DNA of 27,110 bases from a virus. Taxonomy: Duplodnaviria > Caudoviricetes. Shown one piece after another: positions 9,181 through 18,526 of the stretch (the stretch's first letter is position 1; each line of letters begins with the position of its first letter). Made by a program: the position numbers and the translations under genes. The notes under the pieces were generated by a model that worked only from the letters and a program-made list of their open reading frames with translations, was not told the origin of the DNA and made no database searches. The stretch lies in the IMG/VR virus record IMGVR_UViG_3300005805_000385, positions 1 through 27,110 of that record. One strand, given 5' to 3'.

Positions 9181-10445
9181 ATAGAATGTTCAATCCGTTC
9201 ACACCACCCACGTTCATTACTGTATGCCCAAAACACAACTTTCTTAGGTTCTTTTTCTACTAAAAACATTTCTTCGTAGTGGATTGGTTGACCCGTTTCC
9301 ATAAAGTGTTTCAACTCTTGACCTATAATATATTTGTGATTGATTCCAATCCCGTTCTCATCATCAAATGCAACAAGAATATGTTTGTAATCGTTTGCAG
9401 AGAAATCGTGACGATTGATGGTGACAAGATAATAAAATGATTTCATAAATGATTGTTCCCACTCATCATTATTTTCAATAAGTGGGTTAGGTGGAAACTT
9501 ATTATCTACGGTGTATTTTTGGACTGCCTTTCTCTTAAAATGAAAACCTGCATATTTTTCGTAATCTCGTAGTGTACGAACTGTTCCCAAATCGTATCCT
9601 GTGAGGTCATAACCATTATCTTCCGTACGCAACAATTGACGAATTTTTGCACGTGCATTATTTTGTGCTGTCCACCAATCCTCTCCTCGTTTAGATTGAT
9701 CGTCCCACACTAACTTACCAGCTCGTTCTTCACGCATAGTGGCGTGCCAAATCACCAACTTATGTGGATGGAACAAATCCCATCCATGTGTGAATGAGCG
9801 TACTGTCAAATTTAGTTCTTCTCCACTAAAATAGATATCCTCATCGTGCTTGATCTCCCTAGCCCACTCGGTTCTAGCGAACGCAAAATGTCCCGAAATA
9901 AATCGGGAGTGAAACGGTTCGGTCATTTGCTGCCAGTTGGGAATACCACCTGGACGAATGAAGATCGTTCCGTGAGGATAGAACGAAGCGAACTGTTGTT
10001 GCCACGGTTCCATCGTCCGTTCTGCGGGATCACTAAACGGATTGTAATACGGAAGATACCCTGTCAAGATCGGTTTGAATCCCTTCTTTTCCAACCTCGC
10101 ATGCATCGTCAGTAGTTCTTCATCCCAATGCTTGATGAACCTGTGGTGAGCATCAAGTTGTAAAACGAAATCTTCATCAGTAATTAATTCGTTGATACGA
10201 AACCGTGCATACGGTAATCCCTTTGCTTGTTCATGCGGAATATCAATGATCTTGAACCGTGGATCATTCCGATATGTATCTACGTTATCAAAGCCATCTT
10301 CTGGGTTAAATTGTCTGCAAATACCGAATCGTAAATTTTCGGGATGTTTTGCTTGCGCAATTGCATCTCTGATAGTAGGGATCAGTTCAGGTTCTCTGTA
10401 TGCAGGTAGATGAATGAATATTGTTTTTATTTTTTTCTTTGGCAT
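9177..10445 (-). CDS. GT60/PF11397 GlcNAc-transferase-like protein (paralog 2)
   Basis: TIFIHLPAYREPEL, AKHPENLRFGI, AKGLPYAR, LQLDAHHRF (DxH), ISGHFAF and YFSGEE are motifs of the Skp1 GlcNAc-transferase family. Confidence 0.88.
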   Translation of the reverse strand: MPKKKIKTIFIHLPAYREPELIPTIRDAIAQAKHPENLRFGICRQFNPEDGFDNVDTYRNDPRFKIIDIPHEQAKGLPYARFRINELITDEDFVLQLDAHHRFIKHWDEELLTMHARLEKKGFKPILTGYLPYYNPFSDPAERTMEPWQQQFASFYPHGTIFIRPGGIPNWQQMTEPFHSRFISGHFAFARTEWAREIKHDEDIYFSGEELNLTVRSFTHGWDLFHPHKLVIWHATMREERAGKLVWDDQSKRGEDWWTAQNNARAKIRQLLRTEDNGYDLTGYDLGTVRTLRDYEKYAGFHFKRKAVQKYTVDNKFPPNPLIENNDEWEQSFMKSFYYLVTINRHDFSANDYKHILVAFDDENGIGINHKYIIGQELKHFMETGQPIHYEEMFLVEKEPKKVVFWAYSNERGWCERIEHSI

Positions 10446-10453
10446 AATAACGA

Positions 10454-11764
10454 TTATCCTTTTACTGGGAACTCCCCGGTCAAACGTTCAGTCCATTCCT
10501 TGGAACGACTGTGTGGCCATACGATCCACCGAACCGGAATTGTTTCAGAATAGAAACTCCTCCAAATGTGAATAAATTTATCTACTTCAACGGGTACTGA
10601 CAACAATTGTTGAATTTCTTGTTCATTTGCGTCTTGACGATAAATTTCTTTTCCCGATACATCTTCAAATGCAATTGCCCACGCATCGTAATCATTTTCG
10701 GTAAATGTTGGACGATAAATGTCAATACACATCTTGTGATAGTTCATCAATCCATTCTTGTGGGAAATATCGTCAGTAGACACTGGCGGTAGAATCTTTT
10801 CAATCGTCTTTTTATGTGCCCGGCGGGTACTGAATTCCAATCCAGCATATTTTTCATAATCTCGTAAGGTTCTTTGATGCTTCGGTAAAAGCTTTTCAGA
10901 GTGTGGATTGTCAATCCCCAAAATATCCCGATTATGTGCGTGAGATTTCTTATCTAATTCTGGCCAATCCGTATGATCGTCCCAATGCTTTTTCTTTCCC
11001 TCTCTGGTATATTCATGCCATATAAAGACCCGATGGGGGGCAAAGAGATCATATCCCGCCATATAGGCTCGGACGGACAGGTTAATTTCTTCTCCATGAA
11101 AGTAATAGGTGGGATCATAAGGGACTTCTTGACAAAATACACCATCAGTAAAAATGAAGTGTCCCGAAATAAACCGTGAGGGAATCGGTCTGTCTCTTTC
11201 CATGAAATCATCAATTGTATGTGGTTGAAAATGGACAGGGCCTTCAGGTGCAAAACGGTCAAACTCCATGATCCACGGACTCATAATACGACCATTGGGT
11301 TCTTGTGCAGGATGATAACTTGGAAGATATGAACTGAGTAGTGGTTTTGGACAATCCTCTGATCTCAGATTTTCCAACATCTCAATGACTGTTGTATCCC
11401 AATGTTCTGCAAATCGGTGGTGGGAGTCTAATTGGAGGGTGTATTTTTGTCCTTCATATAATTCATTCAATTGTGCCCGTGCCCAACAGACACCCTTTGC
11501 ATCCCGATAATCAATATCGAGGATACGGAATTGGGGATTATCCTTATATTCATCAAGGGTATCCCATGCTTCATAGGGATTATGTTGCCACGCAATCGCA
11601 AAGGTAAGATGTTCAGGATGGGCCGCTTTACTTAAACAATCTTTAATCGTGGTGAGGAGTTCAGGATCACGATATGCGGCAATCTGAACAAAAATGGTAG
11701 GAGACTGTTTCTTTTTAGTGATTGTTTTCTTGGTGGTCTTCGTAACCGTTTTCTTCGTTGCCAT
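10454..11764 (-). CDS. GT60/PF11397 GlcNAc-transferase-like protein (paralog 1), Lys/Thr-rich N-terminal tail
   Basis: TIFVQIAAYRDPEL, AKGVCWAR, LQLDSHHRF, ISGHFIF, VPYDP..YFHGEEI..R and WHEY motifs. Confidence 0.9.
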   Translation of the reverse strand: MATKKTVTKTTKKTITKKKQSPTIFVQIAAYRDPELLTTIKDCLSKAAHPEHLTFAIAWQHNPYEAWDTLDEYKDNPQFRILDIDYRDAKGVCWARAQLNELYEGQKYTLQLDSHHRFAEHWDTTVIEMLENLRSEDCPKPLLSSYLPSYHPAQEPNGRIMSPWIMEFDRFAPEGPVHFQPHTIDDFMERDRPIPSRFISGHFIFTDGVFCQEVPYDPTYYFHGEEINLSVRAYMAGYDLFAPHRVFIWHEYTREGKKKHWDDHTDWPELDKKSHAHNRDILGIDNPHSEKLLPKHQRTLRDYEKYAGLEFSTRRAHKKTIEKILPPVSTDDISHKNGLMNYHKMCIDIYRPTFTENDYDAWAIAFEDVSGKEIYRQDANEQEIQQLLSVPVEVDKFIHIWRSFYSETIPVRWIVWPHSRSKEWTERLTGEFPVKG

Positions 11765-11847
11765 ATAACCCTCTTAAATGTAACCGTTTAGGACTGTATA
11801 TAATTAGTGGTGAAACTATAGAAAGGGGTGAAAATACATCATCTTAC

Positions 11848-11876
11848 AATATAATAGTTCTCCCATAATTTGTCAA
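11848..11876 (-). promoter_or_regulatory. sigma70-like promoter upstream of the glycosylation cluster
   Basis: Minus strand TTGACA (11876-11871), 17-nt spacer, TATATT (11853-11848), in the intergenic gap ~85 nt before the ATG at 11764. Confidence 0.65.
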
Positions 11877-11882
11877 GTAATT

Positions 11883-12338
11883 TCAGTCTAAAATATATCC
11901 AAATGAATATCCTACTGCCACGGCAACTGGATATAATGTTGAATCCACACCAATATACGATATAACGGGGGGAATGTCCGTACCACTTGTCCTGTTAGAT
12001 TCTACTCGCACCCAATAATAATATTCACCATTGACATCATTTGGTACCCACGTACTTGCCGTTGCCCAATACACAATACCTTCGGTGGTACTACCAAAAT
12101 TTTTCAGATTGGTGACCGTTTCACTAATAGATTGTGCGGTAGTCCAATTGGTACCATCCCACAACTTCCATGATACTCCACTCGTCAAGCTACCCGTACT
12201 TTCTAACTTGAATTTTGCTCCAGAAAATTTGGTATCGTATCCAAGATAAAGTACGTCAGAAACGCTACCTGTACTAAGTCTAATATCACCATCTGTTGCC
12301 GATGATGATGGGACTAGTAGAATATCACCGATTGCCAT
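11883..12338 (-). CDS. hypothetical putative virion protein
   Basis: Tightly coupled to the upstream gene; Trp/Gly/Ser-rich beta-type sequence (WDGTNWT, YYYWVRV). Confidence 0.75.
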   Translation of the reverse strand: MAIGDILLVPSSSATDGDIRLSTGSVSDVLYLGYDTKFSGAKFKLESTGSLTSGVSWKLWDGTNWTTAQSISETVTNLKNFGSTTEGIVYWATASTWVPNDVNGEYYYWVRVESNRTSGTDIPPVISYIGVDSTLYPVAVAVGYSFGYILD

Positions 12339-12341
12339 AAA

Positions 12342-14396
12342 TTATACACTCGGTGTGAAGTAACGAGATGATCCTGCACGACCACTGGCCGAATCATATG
12401 CTGTTGCATACAAACTCGTATTTGCATCGTACGCAACAAATGAGTATTCTCCACCACTTCGTGTAGTAACGTCATATAACAGTTCATTTGAACCGGAATA
12501 GTAAACAGATACGGGTATTCCTGATCCGTCACCAGACGTATACCCCGAAATGGATCGTGTGACCGCAGTATAAATATTGTGATATGTCCACAACAACATG
12601 GAACCACAAAAATAGATATTATCAGCAGTAGTAGTAGTTGCTGCTGACCCGGGGCCGGGAAATTCTGTACGGTAGATTCTTGGAATCAGTAGATCCATAC
12701 GAGTTGTATCAGGATCGTTCGGATACCGTTTAAATTTTGATATTCCTTGTGCATACGACATAACAATGCCTCGTTCACCGGAAATATCATACATACTTTC
12801 ATATAATGTTGTCCAACTATCAGTAACACCGCTTCCAGTTTCTGCATCCGTTGGTCGGACGGTAAGTGCAATTCCTCCATCCGTAGTACCTGTAACAAAA
12901 AATACTCCGAATCCCATTGCGTTATTACGATAATATGACCCTAAAGAAGCCGTTGGTGCAAACGTAGAATCAAATTGTTGGAATTGATTAGTGGTTCGGT
13001 GGCCATTAATTAAATAAAATCTAGTTTGATTATGTACCGCATCACCATCTGGATGTTTATTGGATACGTAGTTAATGTATGCAATACCTGATGCGTTTGT
13101 TGCGGTAGTGGTGGCGGTTGACGTTGCTCTATCTAAATCAAACGATACTTTGATTTTGTTATTACCACGCTGTAATTTAAAAATATTAGAGAGTGTTCTG
13201 ATGTTAGAAACACCGTCATATCCTTGTACCCCTACCTGATCAAACCGATGCATCATACTGTATTGGCCACATGCTAATGTTCCTTGTAGTCGTGTATATC
13301 GTGTCCACCCAACATTATCATTAACTTTAATTCGTATAAACGATCCTCCCGTAGCGTTATAAAACATCAGTAATCCACTTTGTTTGGTGACGATTGGACT
13401 TGGTTCGCTAATATAAAATTCCTTTTCCACGATTGACGAATTAATGATGGAGGGATAGTTTGTTGTATCGGAGAGGTAGTCCCCCATTCCACCACTTTCA
13501 TCAATCAACGGTATTACCAACGAATTCATGGATTGTGATGTCAATGAATGTGTATATTCGTATGTTACCCCCATCAAAACGGCCATATTTGCATATCGTG
13601 TGACAGCACTGGCTGCCGCCGATCCTATATTGAATGAATGGGTGGTACTGGTAACCATATCATCACGTTTCCAGATACTTTTAATCCACATTGCCGATCC
13701 CAGTGCACGTTCATGAATTGCACTACTTACCGGAGTTTCTGCATCAAGTGAGGTAACAATATAGTCATCTACCGTTCCTGAACCATCGTTGCCTTGTATT
13801 TCAAACCAAATATTGCGATACGCCTTCCCCACTTCAGGCAAAAAAGTATCCAATGCGGGAACCGATCCAGTTCCAACTGCTTGTAAAGTATTTGAAATTG
13901 TTGTTGGTGTAGAACCGATGGGAATTCGTACTGTTTTTACACGGATGTCTGCTGCATCATCATAATCATAGGTAAGATACAACTTTACGGAATGATTATT
14001 GGTTGTAAGTGCAGCAAATTGTAATGCAACTTGACACGATTGCGTGACACTTGACCCAAAATTTGTATTGAAATATGAAGTTAAGTCTTGTAATAATGCA
14101 AATGATTGGTGTTCACCAGAATTATTGAATCCACCGGGTGAATTCACTGTATTAACTGTTGTGTCCGAAAAGGCAGCCGATCCCAATTTAATACCAATCA
14201 TAACACTGTTTATATTAGTTCCGGTAGTTACGTTGTCACGGAAATGTACTTCTGCAAACGCTGAACGAAATGTCCGACTCCCTGTTTCGGGGATATAGAT
14301 GGACATTGTGGGAAATACAAATCGTGTGTCCACGGCCAATGATGCCGAACGATATGCATCAAACGCATATTCTACAGTTTTCGTACGTATTGCCAT
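12342..14396 (-). CDS. large putative virion protein, paralog B (MAIRTKTVEYAFD family)
   Basis: Similar over its full length to 14409..16394; Ser/Thr/Gly-rich; ends RYFTPSV. Confidence 0.8.
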   Translation of the reverse strand: MAIRTKTVEYAFDAYRSASLAVDTRFVFPTMSIYIPETGSRTFRSAFAEVHFRDNVTTGTNINSVMIGIKLGSAAFSDTTVNTVNSPGGFNNSGEHQSFALLQDLTSYFNTNFGSSVTQSCQVALQFAALTTNNHSVKLYLTYDYDDAADIRVKTVRIPIGSTPTTISNTLQAVGTGSVPALDTFLPEVGKAYRNIWFEIQGNDGSGTVDDYIVTSLDAETPVSSAIHERALGSAMWIKSIWKRDDMVTSTTHSFNIGSAAASAVTRYANMAVLMGVTYEYTHSLTSQSMNSLVIPLIDESGGMGDYLSDTTNYPSIINSSIVEKEFYISEPSPIVTKQSGLLMFYNATGGSFIRIKVNDNVGWTRYTRLQGTLACGQYSMMHRFDQVGVQGYDGVSNIRTLSNIFKLQRGNNKIKVSFDLDRATSTATTTATNASGIAYINYVSNKHPDGDAVHNQTRFYLINGHRTTNQFQQFDSTFAPTASLGSYYRNNAMGFGVFFVTGTTDGGIALTVRPTDAETGSGVTDSWTTLYESMYDISGERGIVMSYAQGISKFKRYPNDPDTTRMDLLIPRIYRTEFPGPGSAATTTTADNIYFCGSMLLWTYHNIYTAVTRSISGYTSGDGSGIPVSVYYSGSNELLYDVTTRSGGEYSFVAYDANTSLYATAYDSASGRAGSSRYFTPSV

Positions 14397-14408
14397 ATTA
14401 GTATCCTA

Positions 14409-16394
14409 TTATACTACAGGGGTAAAATAGTTAGATCGTCCAACTGCACCACTTCCGGTGTCATGCACCACCGCATAGAGTGTACGATTCGGGTCATACG
14501 CTAAAAACGAATAATTGCCCCCTGATACAGACGTTGTGGTATATAATAATTCCTCTGATCCCGATTCGTATATTTTTACATTTAATCCTGAACCGTTACC
14601 AGATGAAAATCCAGAAATAGAGCGTGTCACAGCTGTAGCAATATTGTGATATGTCCAGAAGGTATACAATCCACCGACCATTGTATTTGCCAAACTTGGT
14701 GTTGTTGATGGGCCTGCAGCTTCTACTCGATACGTTCTTGGTACTGATAAATTGATACGTGTACTGGTTTGTGGATCACCTATATAGCGTAAAAATTCAC
14801 GCCGTGCTCGTGCAAACGAAGTACAAACACCTCGTTCTACGGAAGCATCTACGATACTTTCATATAGTGGTAGCCACCCTGTAGAAAACGACAATCGTTC
14901 CGCATCTGTTGCCCGTGCAGTTAGTGAAATTGCAGTTTTCGTTGCACCCAAATTCAATAATGTAGCAAATCCCAATCCAGTTGTTCTAAAATTTGATCCC
15001 GTTTGAGCCACAGGCGCAAACGTATAATCATACCGTTGGACTCCATTGATCGCTGTTTGCTCTCCTATTTCAAATATTCTTGTTTGGTTATGAATAGAGT
15101 CACTACCCGTTGCAATACCAGATTTATAATTGATGTATCCTAATATAGACAGATTTGAAACCGTTCTTCCTTCGTCGGACTGACTTGCTAGAACTTCAAT
15201 AGGAATGGAGTTCAGTCCTCGACCAAAGGTAACCGAACTACTGTCAAATGCATGTACAATACTGTATTGTCCGCACGACAGGGTTCCTGGATTCCCACGG
15301 GAGTAATCTACGTATGCTTGTGTACCAACTTTTATTTTGATTGGATCTATTCGTTGTGCTATTGTATCCGTTGAGGTGGAGTTAAAAAATGCCACTAGTC
15401 CACTTTGTTCCAGTGAAATTGGGCCGGGTTCTGATACTCGTAGTTCTTGAACGGTACGCGATGGGTATGATCCCGATGATCCCGATGGCCCCGATGATCC
15501 CACAAACCCGGATTCCTCCATCATAGGAATCAATAACGAATTCATAGATTGTGATGTAGATGAACTGACATATTCATAGGTCACACCCATAACTGCGCCG
15601 ATGTTAACCATTCCGGATGCAGCAACCGTTCCAAACGACAATGAATGTGTCGTCGTCGTCGTCATATTGTTCCGTTGCCAAATATGTTTTAAATATGTAG
15701 CAGAGTTAAGAGCATGTTCCAATACCGCACTACTTACTGCAGTTTCTGCGTCAAGTTGCATCGTCAAGATTCCGTCCGTAGTGTTTTGAGATGCCTCATT
15801 TGCATAAATTTCAAACCAAATATTTCTATATGTTTTGCTAACTTCTGGAAGGAAAGTATTTAATTGTGGAATCCTTGATCGTAGTGATGTAATGTTTGTG
15901 GGGCCAGCGGTTAGACTACCACTAATAGATTGTAACGGAACCCGCACCGTCTTGACCCGTGTATTATGAATATCATCGTAATCATATGTAATGTACAATT
16001 TTGCTGCATGATTAGATGTTGCCTGACCCGTTAATGTTAATGCAACTTGACAGGATGCAGTGGGATTACTTGTAAAACTTCCTGTAAAGTAATCGGTCAC
16101 ATCCCGTACCAATACAAAGGATTGGTTTTCGCCAGAATTAACCAATGTTGTCGTAACCGTTTGATTGCTAAACGATGCCGTTTGAAGTTTAATACCAATT
16201 AACGCTGCAGTTTGACTGAGTGCAGTTGTTTGATTATCCCGGTAATTGACTTCTATCATGACTGACCGAAATGTTCTGCTGGCGGTTTCGGGGAGATAGA
16301 TGGACATGGTTTGAAATTCATATCGGGTGGCGGTAGCCAACGTTGTTCTGCTCCCGTCAAATGCGTATTCTACTGTTTTCGTACGTATTGCCAT
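14409..16394 (-). CDS. large putative virion protein, paralog A (MAIRTKTVEYAFD family)
   Basis: First 13 aa identical to paralog B; shared KLY.TYDYDD, YRNIWFEI, MGVTYEY, CGQYS, HNQTR, WTYHNI and YFTP. Confidence 0.8.
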   Translation of the reverse strand: MAIRTKTVEYAFDGSRTTLATATRYEFQTMSIYLPETASRTFRSVMIEVNYRDNQTTALSQTAALIGIKLQTASFSNQTVTTTLVNSGENQSFVLVRDVTDYFTGSFTSNPTASCQVALTLTGQATSNHAAKLYITYDYDDIHNTRVKTVRVPLQSISGSLTAGPTNITSLRSRIPQLNTFLPEVSKTYRNIWFEIYANEASQNTTDGILTMQLDAETAVSSAVLEHALNSATYLKHIWQRNNMTTTTTHSLSFGTVAASGMVNIGAVMGVTYEYVSSSTSQSMNSLLIPMMEESGFVGSSGPSGSSGSYPSRTVQELRVSEPGPISLEQSGLVAFFNSTSTDTIAQRIDPIKIKVGTQAYVDYSRGNPGTLSCGQYSIVHAFDSSSVTFGRGLNSIPIEVLASQSDEGRTVSNLSILGYINYKSGIATGSDSIHNQTRIFEIGEQTAINGVQRYDYTFAPVAQTGSNFRTTGLGFATLLNLGATKTAISLTARATDAERLSFSTGWLPLYESIVDASVERGVCTSFARARREFLRYIGDPQTSTRINLSVPRTYRVEAAGPSTTPSLANTMVGGLYTFWTYHNIATAVTRSISGFSSGNGSGLNVKIYESGSEELLYTTTSVSGGNYSFLAYDPNRTLYAVVHDTGSGAVGRSNYFTPVV

Positions 16395-16403
16395 AAATAA
16401 TTC

Positions 16404-17012
16404 CTAATAAACTTGTGGGCCATTGGTGGTCAAGATTGATGCACTTGATCCTGTAATACGTGATGCCGGCAACGTCACATCGGCATAACTATCCGTGGGT
16501 TCTGAGTATCTAAATATTTTTGCAAATGATGACGTTACAAATCCTATCGGAAATATTTGTGTGTAGGTTTGACGAGAAGTCGTAATCGAGGCATCACTGA
16601 CTTCATCTACTAACGTCCACGTATTGTAATCTTCAGAGGTATACAATTTCCATGACACGGGATCACGATTTTGTGCATCGTTTGCTGTTGCATATTGATA
16701 TGCGTCAATCGTGATGGGAGTAGTGTTATCAATTTCAATCATGGATACTCCAACAGTATTACTTGCACCATTGATATTGAACCATGCTTCACCCCACTTG
16801 GTTGCAGTGTTTCCATCTATTAATGCAGAAGCACTTTCTTGTGACCCGAACGCTCCCGGTTCCCCACCGGGATTAGTTGCTATTGCGCCAGCACTCCATG
16901 ACACAATACTTCCTGTATATCGTACACGGAATTCGGACGCTTGTAAATAATCCACAAGACCTCGACGTTCTGTGATTACCCATCGTATATATCTACATGT
17001 TATCGGTGCCAT
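16404..17012 (-). CDS. discoidin/F5-8 type C-like (galactose-binding fold) domain protein
   Basis: YIRWVIT, QASEF, LIDGNTATKW and YQYATANDAQNRDPVSWKL..S..WTLVD resemble F5/8-like modules. Confidence 0.65.
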   Translation of the reverse strand: MAPITCRYIRWVITERRGLVDYLQASEFRVRYTGSIVSWSAGAIATNPGGEPGAFGSQESASALIDGNTATKWGEAWFNINGASNTVGVSMIEIDNTTPITIDAYQYATANDAQNRDPVSWKLYTSEDYNTWTLVDEVSDASITTSRQTYTQIFPIGFVTSSFAKIFRYSEPTDSYADVTLPASRITGSSASILTTNGPQVY

Positions 17013-17013
17013 A

Positions 17014-17724
17014 TTATGACCGTGTAACGTTTAGGGTTAGCGTTGCCCGAGTAATGGTAGATACACTACTGACGTTAAACCGTAACGTATCTCCCGCCGT
17101 AATTGCCGTTGTCCATCCCGTCAACGTAGAACTTTCATTTTTAGCGTTACTCGTAATAGAAATTGCTGCCGATCCGGTAATACTATCGGTTGAGATTGGT
17201 GGGTAATTTCCATAAGTATCTTTCCACACATCCATTGTAATACTACCCGACTGATCTGCCAATAATCGCCAACTAGTAATAGTACAACTAAATGGAATAC
17301 TCAAATCACCCTTGACTCCCGTGGTGAGTACTGATCCGCCACCATCTACCACATAAATGATTGCCGCTGATCCTCCCAAATAAGATGAGGCCGATACTGC
17401 ACCTGATACATGTAGTTTGGCAGCAGCAACTGGTGCAGTAACTCCTACCCCAACCCGACTTCCAGTGACCACCAATGTATTTTGGTTATAGGTTCCCATC
17501 ACCACCCGATCATCGCTAAACACTTCCAAAATCGGAAGACCCGACACATCGTTGACACTCATCAAGGAACCCGACAGGACATCCGTGATCCCGAACAAGG
17601 AACCACTAGCGCCATAGAACGCCACCGACCCCGAGGGTTCCACTTGGAGACGAATGGTATTGGCACCTGATCCACTGAACTGTATGGACGCACTGCCGGG
17701 AGTGATCAGAATATTGTTTGGCAT
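17014..17724 (-). CDS. tail fibre-like protein
   Basis: GSLMSVNDVSGLPILEVFSD, RVGVG...LHVSG fibre repeat, and a C-terminal DGGGSV..G.KG...ADQSGSI..DVWK module. Confidence 0.7.
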   Translation of the reverse strand: MPNNILITPGSASIQFSGSGANTIRLQVEPSGSVAFYGASGSLFGITDVLSGSLMSVNDVSGLPILEVFSDDRVVMGTYNQNTLVVTGSRVGVGVTAPVAAAKLHVSGAVSASSYLGGSAAIIYVVDGGGSVLTTGVKGDLSIPFSCTITSWRLLADQSGSITMDVWKDTYGNYPPISTDSITGSAAISITSNAKNESSTLTGWTTAITAGDTLRFNVSSVSTITRATLTLNVTRS

Positions 17725-17768
17725 AGTTTACTCAAAGTCAAGGTTCCTATTGATATACATAGTCGTTG

Positions 17769-18524
17769 TTAGAGTCCAAATCTGGGTATCAGTGCGTTGT
17801 AATTTTGTAATATTTCGTCTGGTGTCAATGCACGATTGTAAATATGTGCATGGCCACACAGTCCCTTGATATATCGTTGCGTTGCATCAGCAATATTCGC
17901 CATCAAAGATAAATTTCCGGAGTGAGTCATCGCAGGACGAGCGGTAGTTGCACTCCCGACGATTTGTCCATTGATATACAATCGTTGTATATTTGTAGTA
18001 TCACTATAGGTACCTGCAAAATATGTCCATTGTTTGATCCATTTAGTATATCCAAATGTTCCATTGACCTCATCATCTACACGATAGCTAGTACCACCCA
18101 CGGTTACACCCCATGTCGTAACATCCACATTACTATTTGCATACCGCAAAATATATCCATTTCCATTCGCAACAGATTTTCTTAAAATATCAAAAAAACC
18201 AATATCATATCCAGCATTGGTACCATTGGATCGGCTTTCAATATACGCAAAAATACCCACTGTAATTTCTGTTGTTGGTTCCAATATTGCCGCATCTGCT
18301 GATGCTGACGATATCAGTACGTGGTCATTAGTTCCATCAAATCGCCATGATCCCAAATTCGTTCCTTCAAATGTTGGCCCGTTGATCAAACTTCCTGTTA
18401 GATTGGGATTGCCTGCTAAACTAACAACGTTTGTTCCACTGCCGGGATATGATTTTGGGTTGGCAGAATCTACTAAGAAAACTAATCCATTGGTGACGAT
18501 TTTGGGTGAGTGGATAAATGCCAT
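17769..18524 (-). CDS. ConA-like lectin/glucanase (LamG-like) domain protein
   Basis: IVTNGLVFLVDSANPKSYPGSGT, FDGTND, WTYFAGTY, LYING and IYNRALTPDEILQNYNA motifs. Confidence 0.85.
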   Translation of the reverse strand: MAFIHSPKIVTNGLVFLVDSANPKSYPGSGTNVVSLAGNPNLTGSLINGPTFEGTNLGSWRFDGTNDHVLISSASADAAILEPTTEITVGIFAYIESRSNGTNAGYDIGFFDILRKSVANGNGYILRYANSNVDVTTWGVTVGGTSYRVDDEVNGTFGYTKWIKQWTYFAGTYSDTTNIQRLYINGQIVGSATTARPAMTHSGNLSLMANIADATQRYIKGLCGHAHIYNRALTPDEILQNYNALIPRFGL

Positions 18525-18526
18525 TG

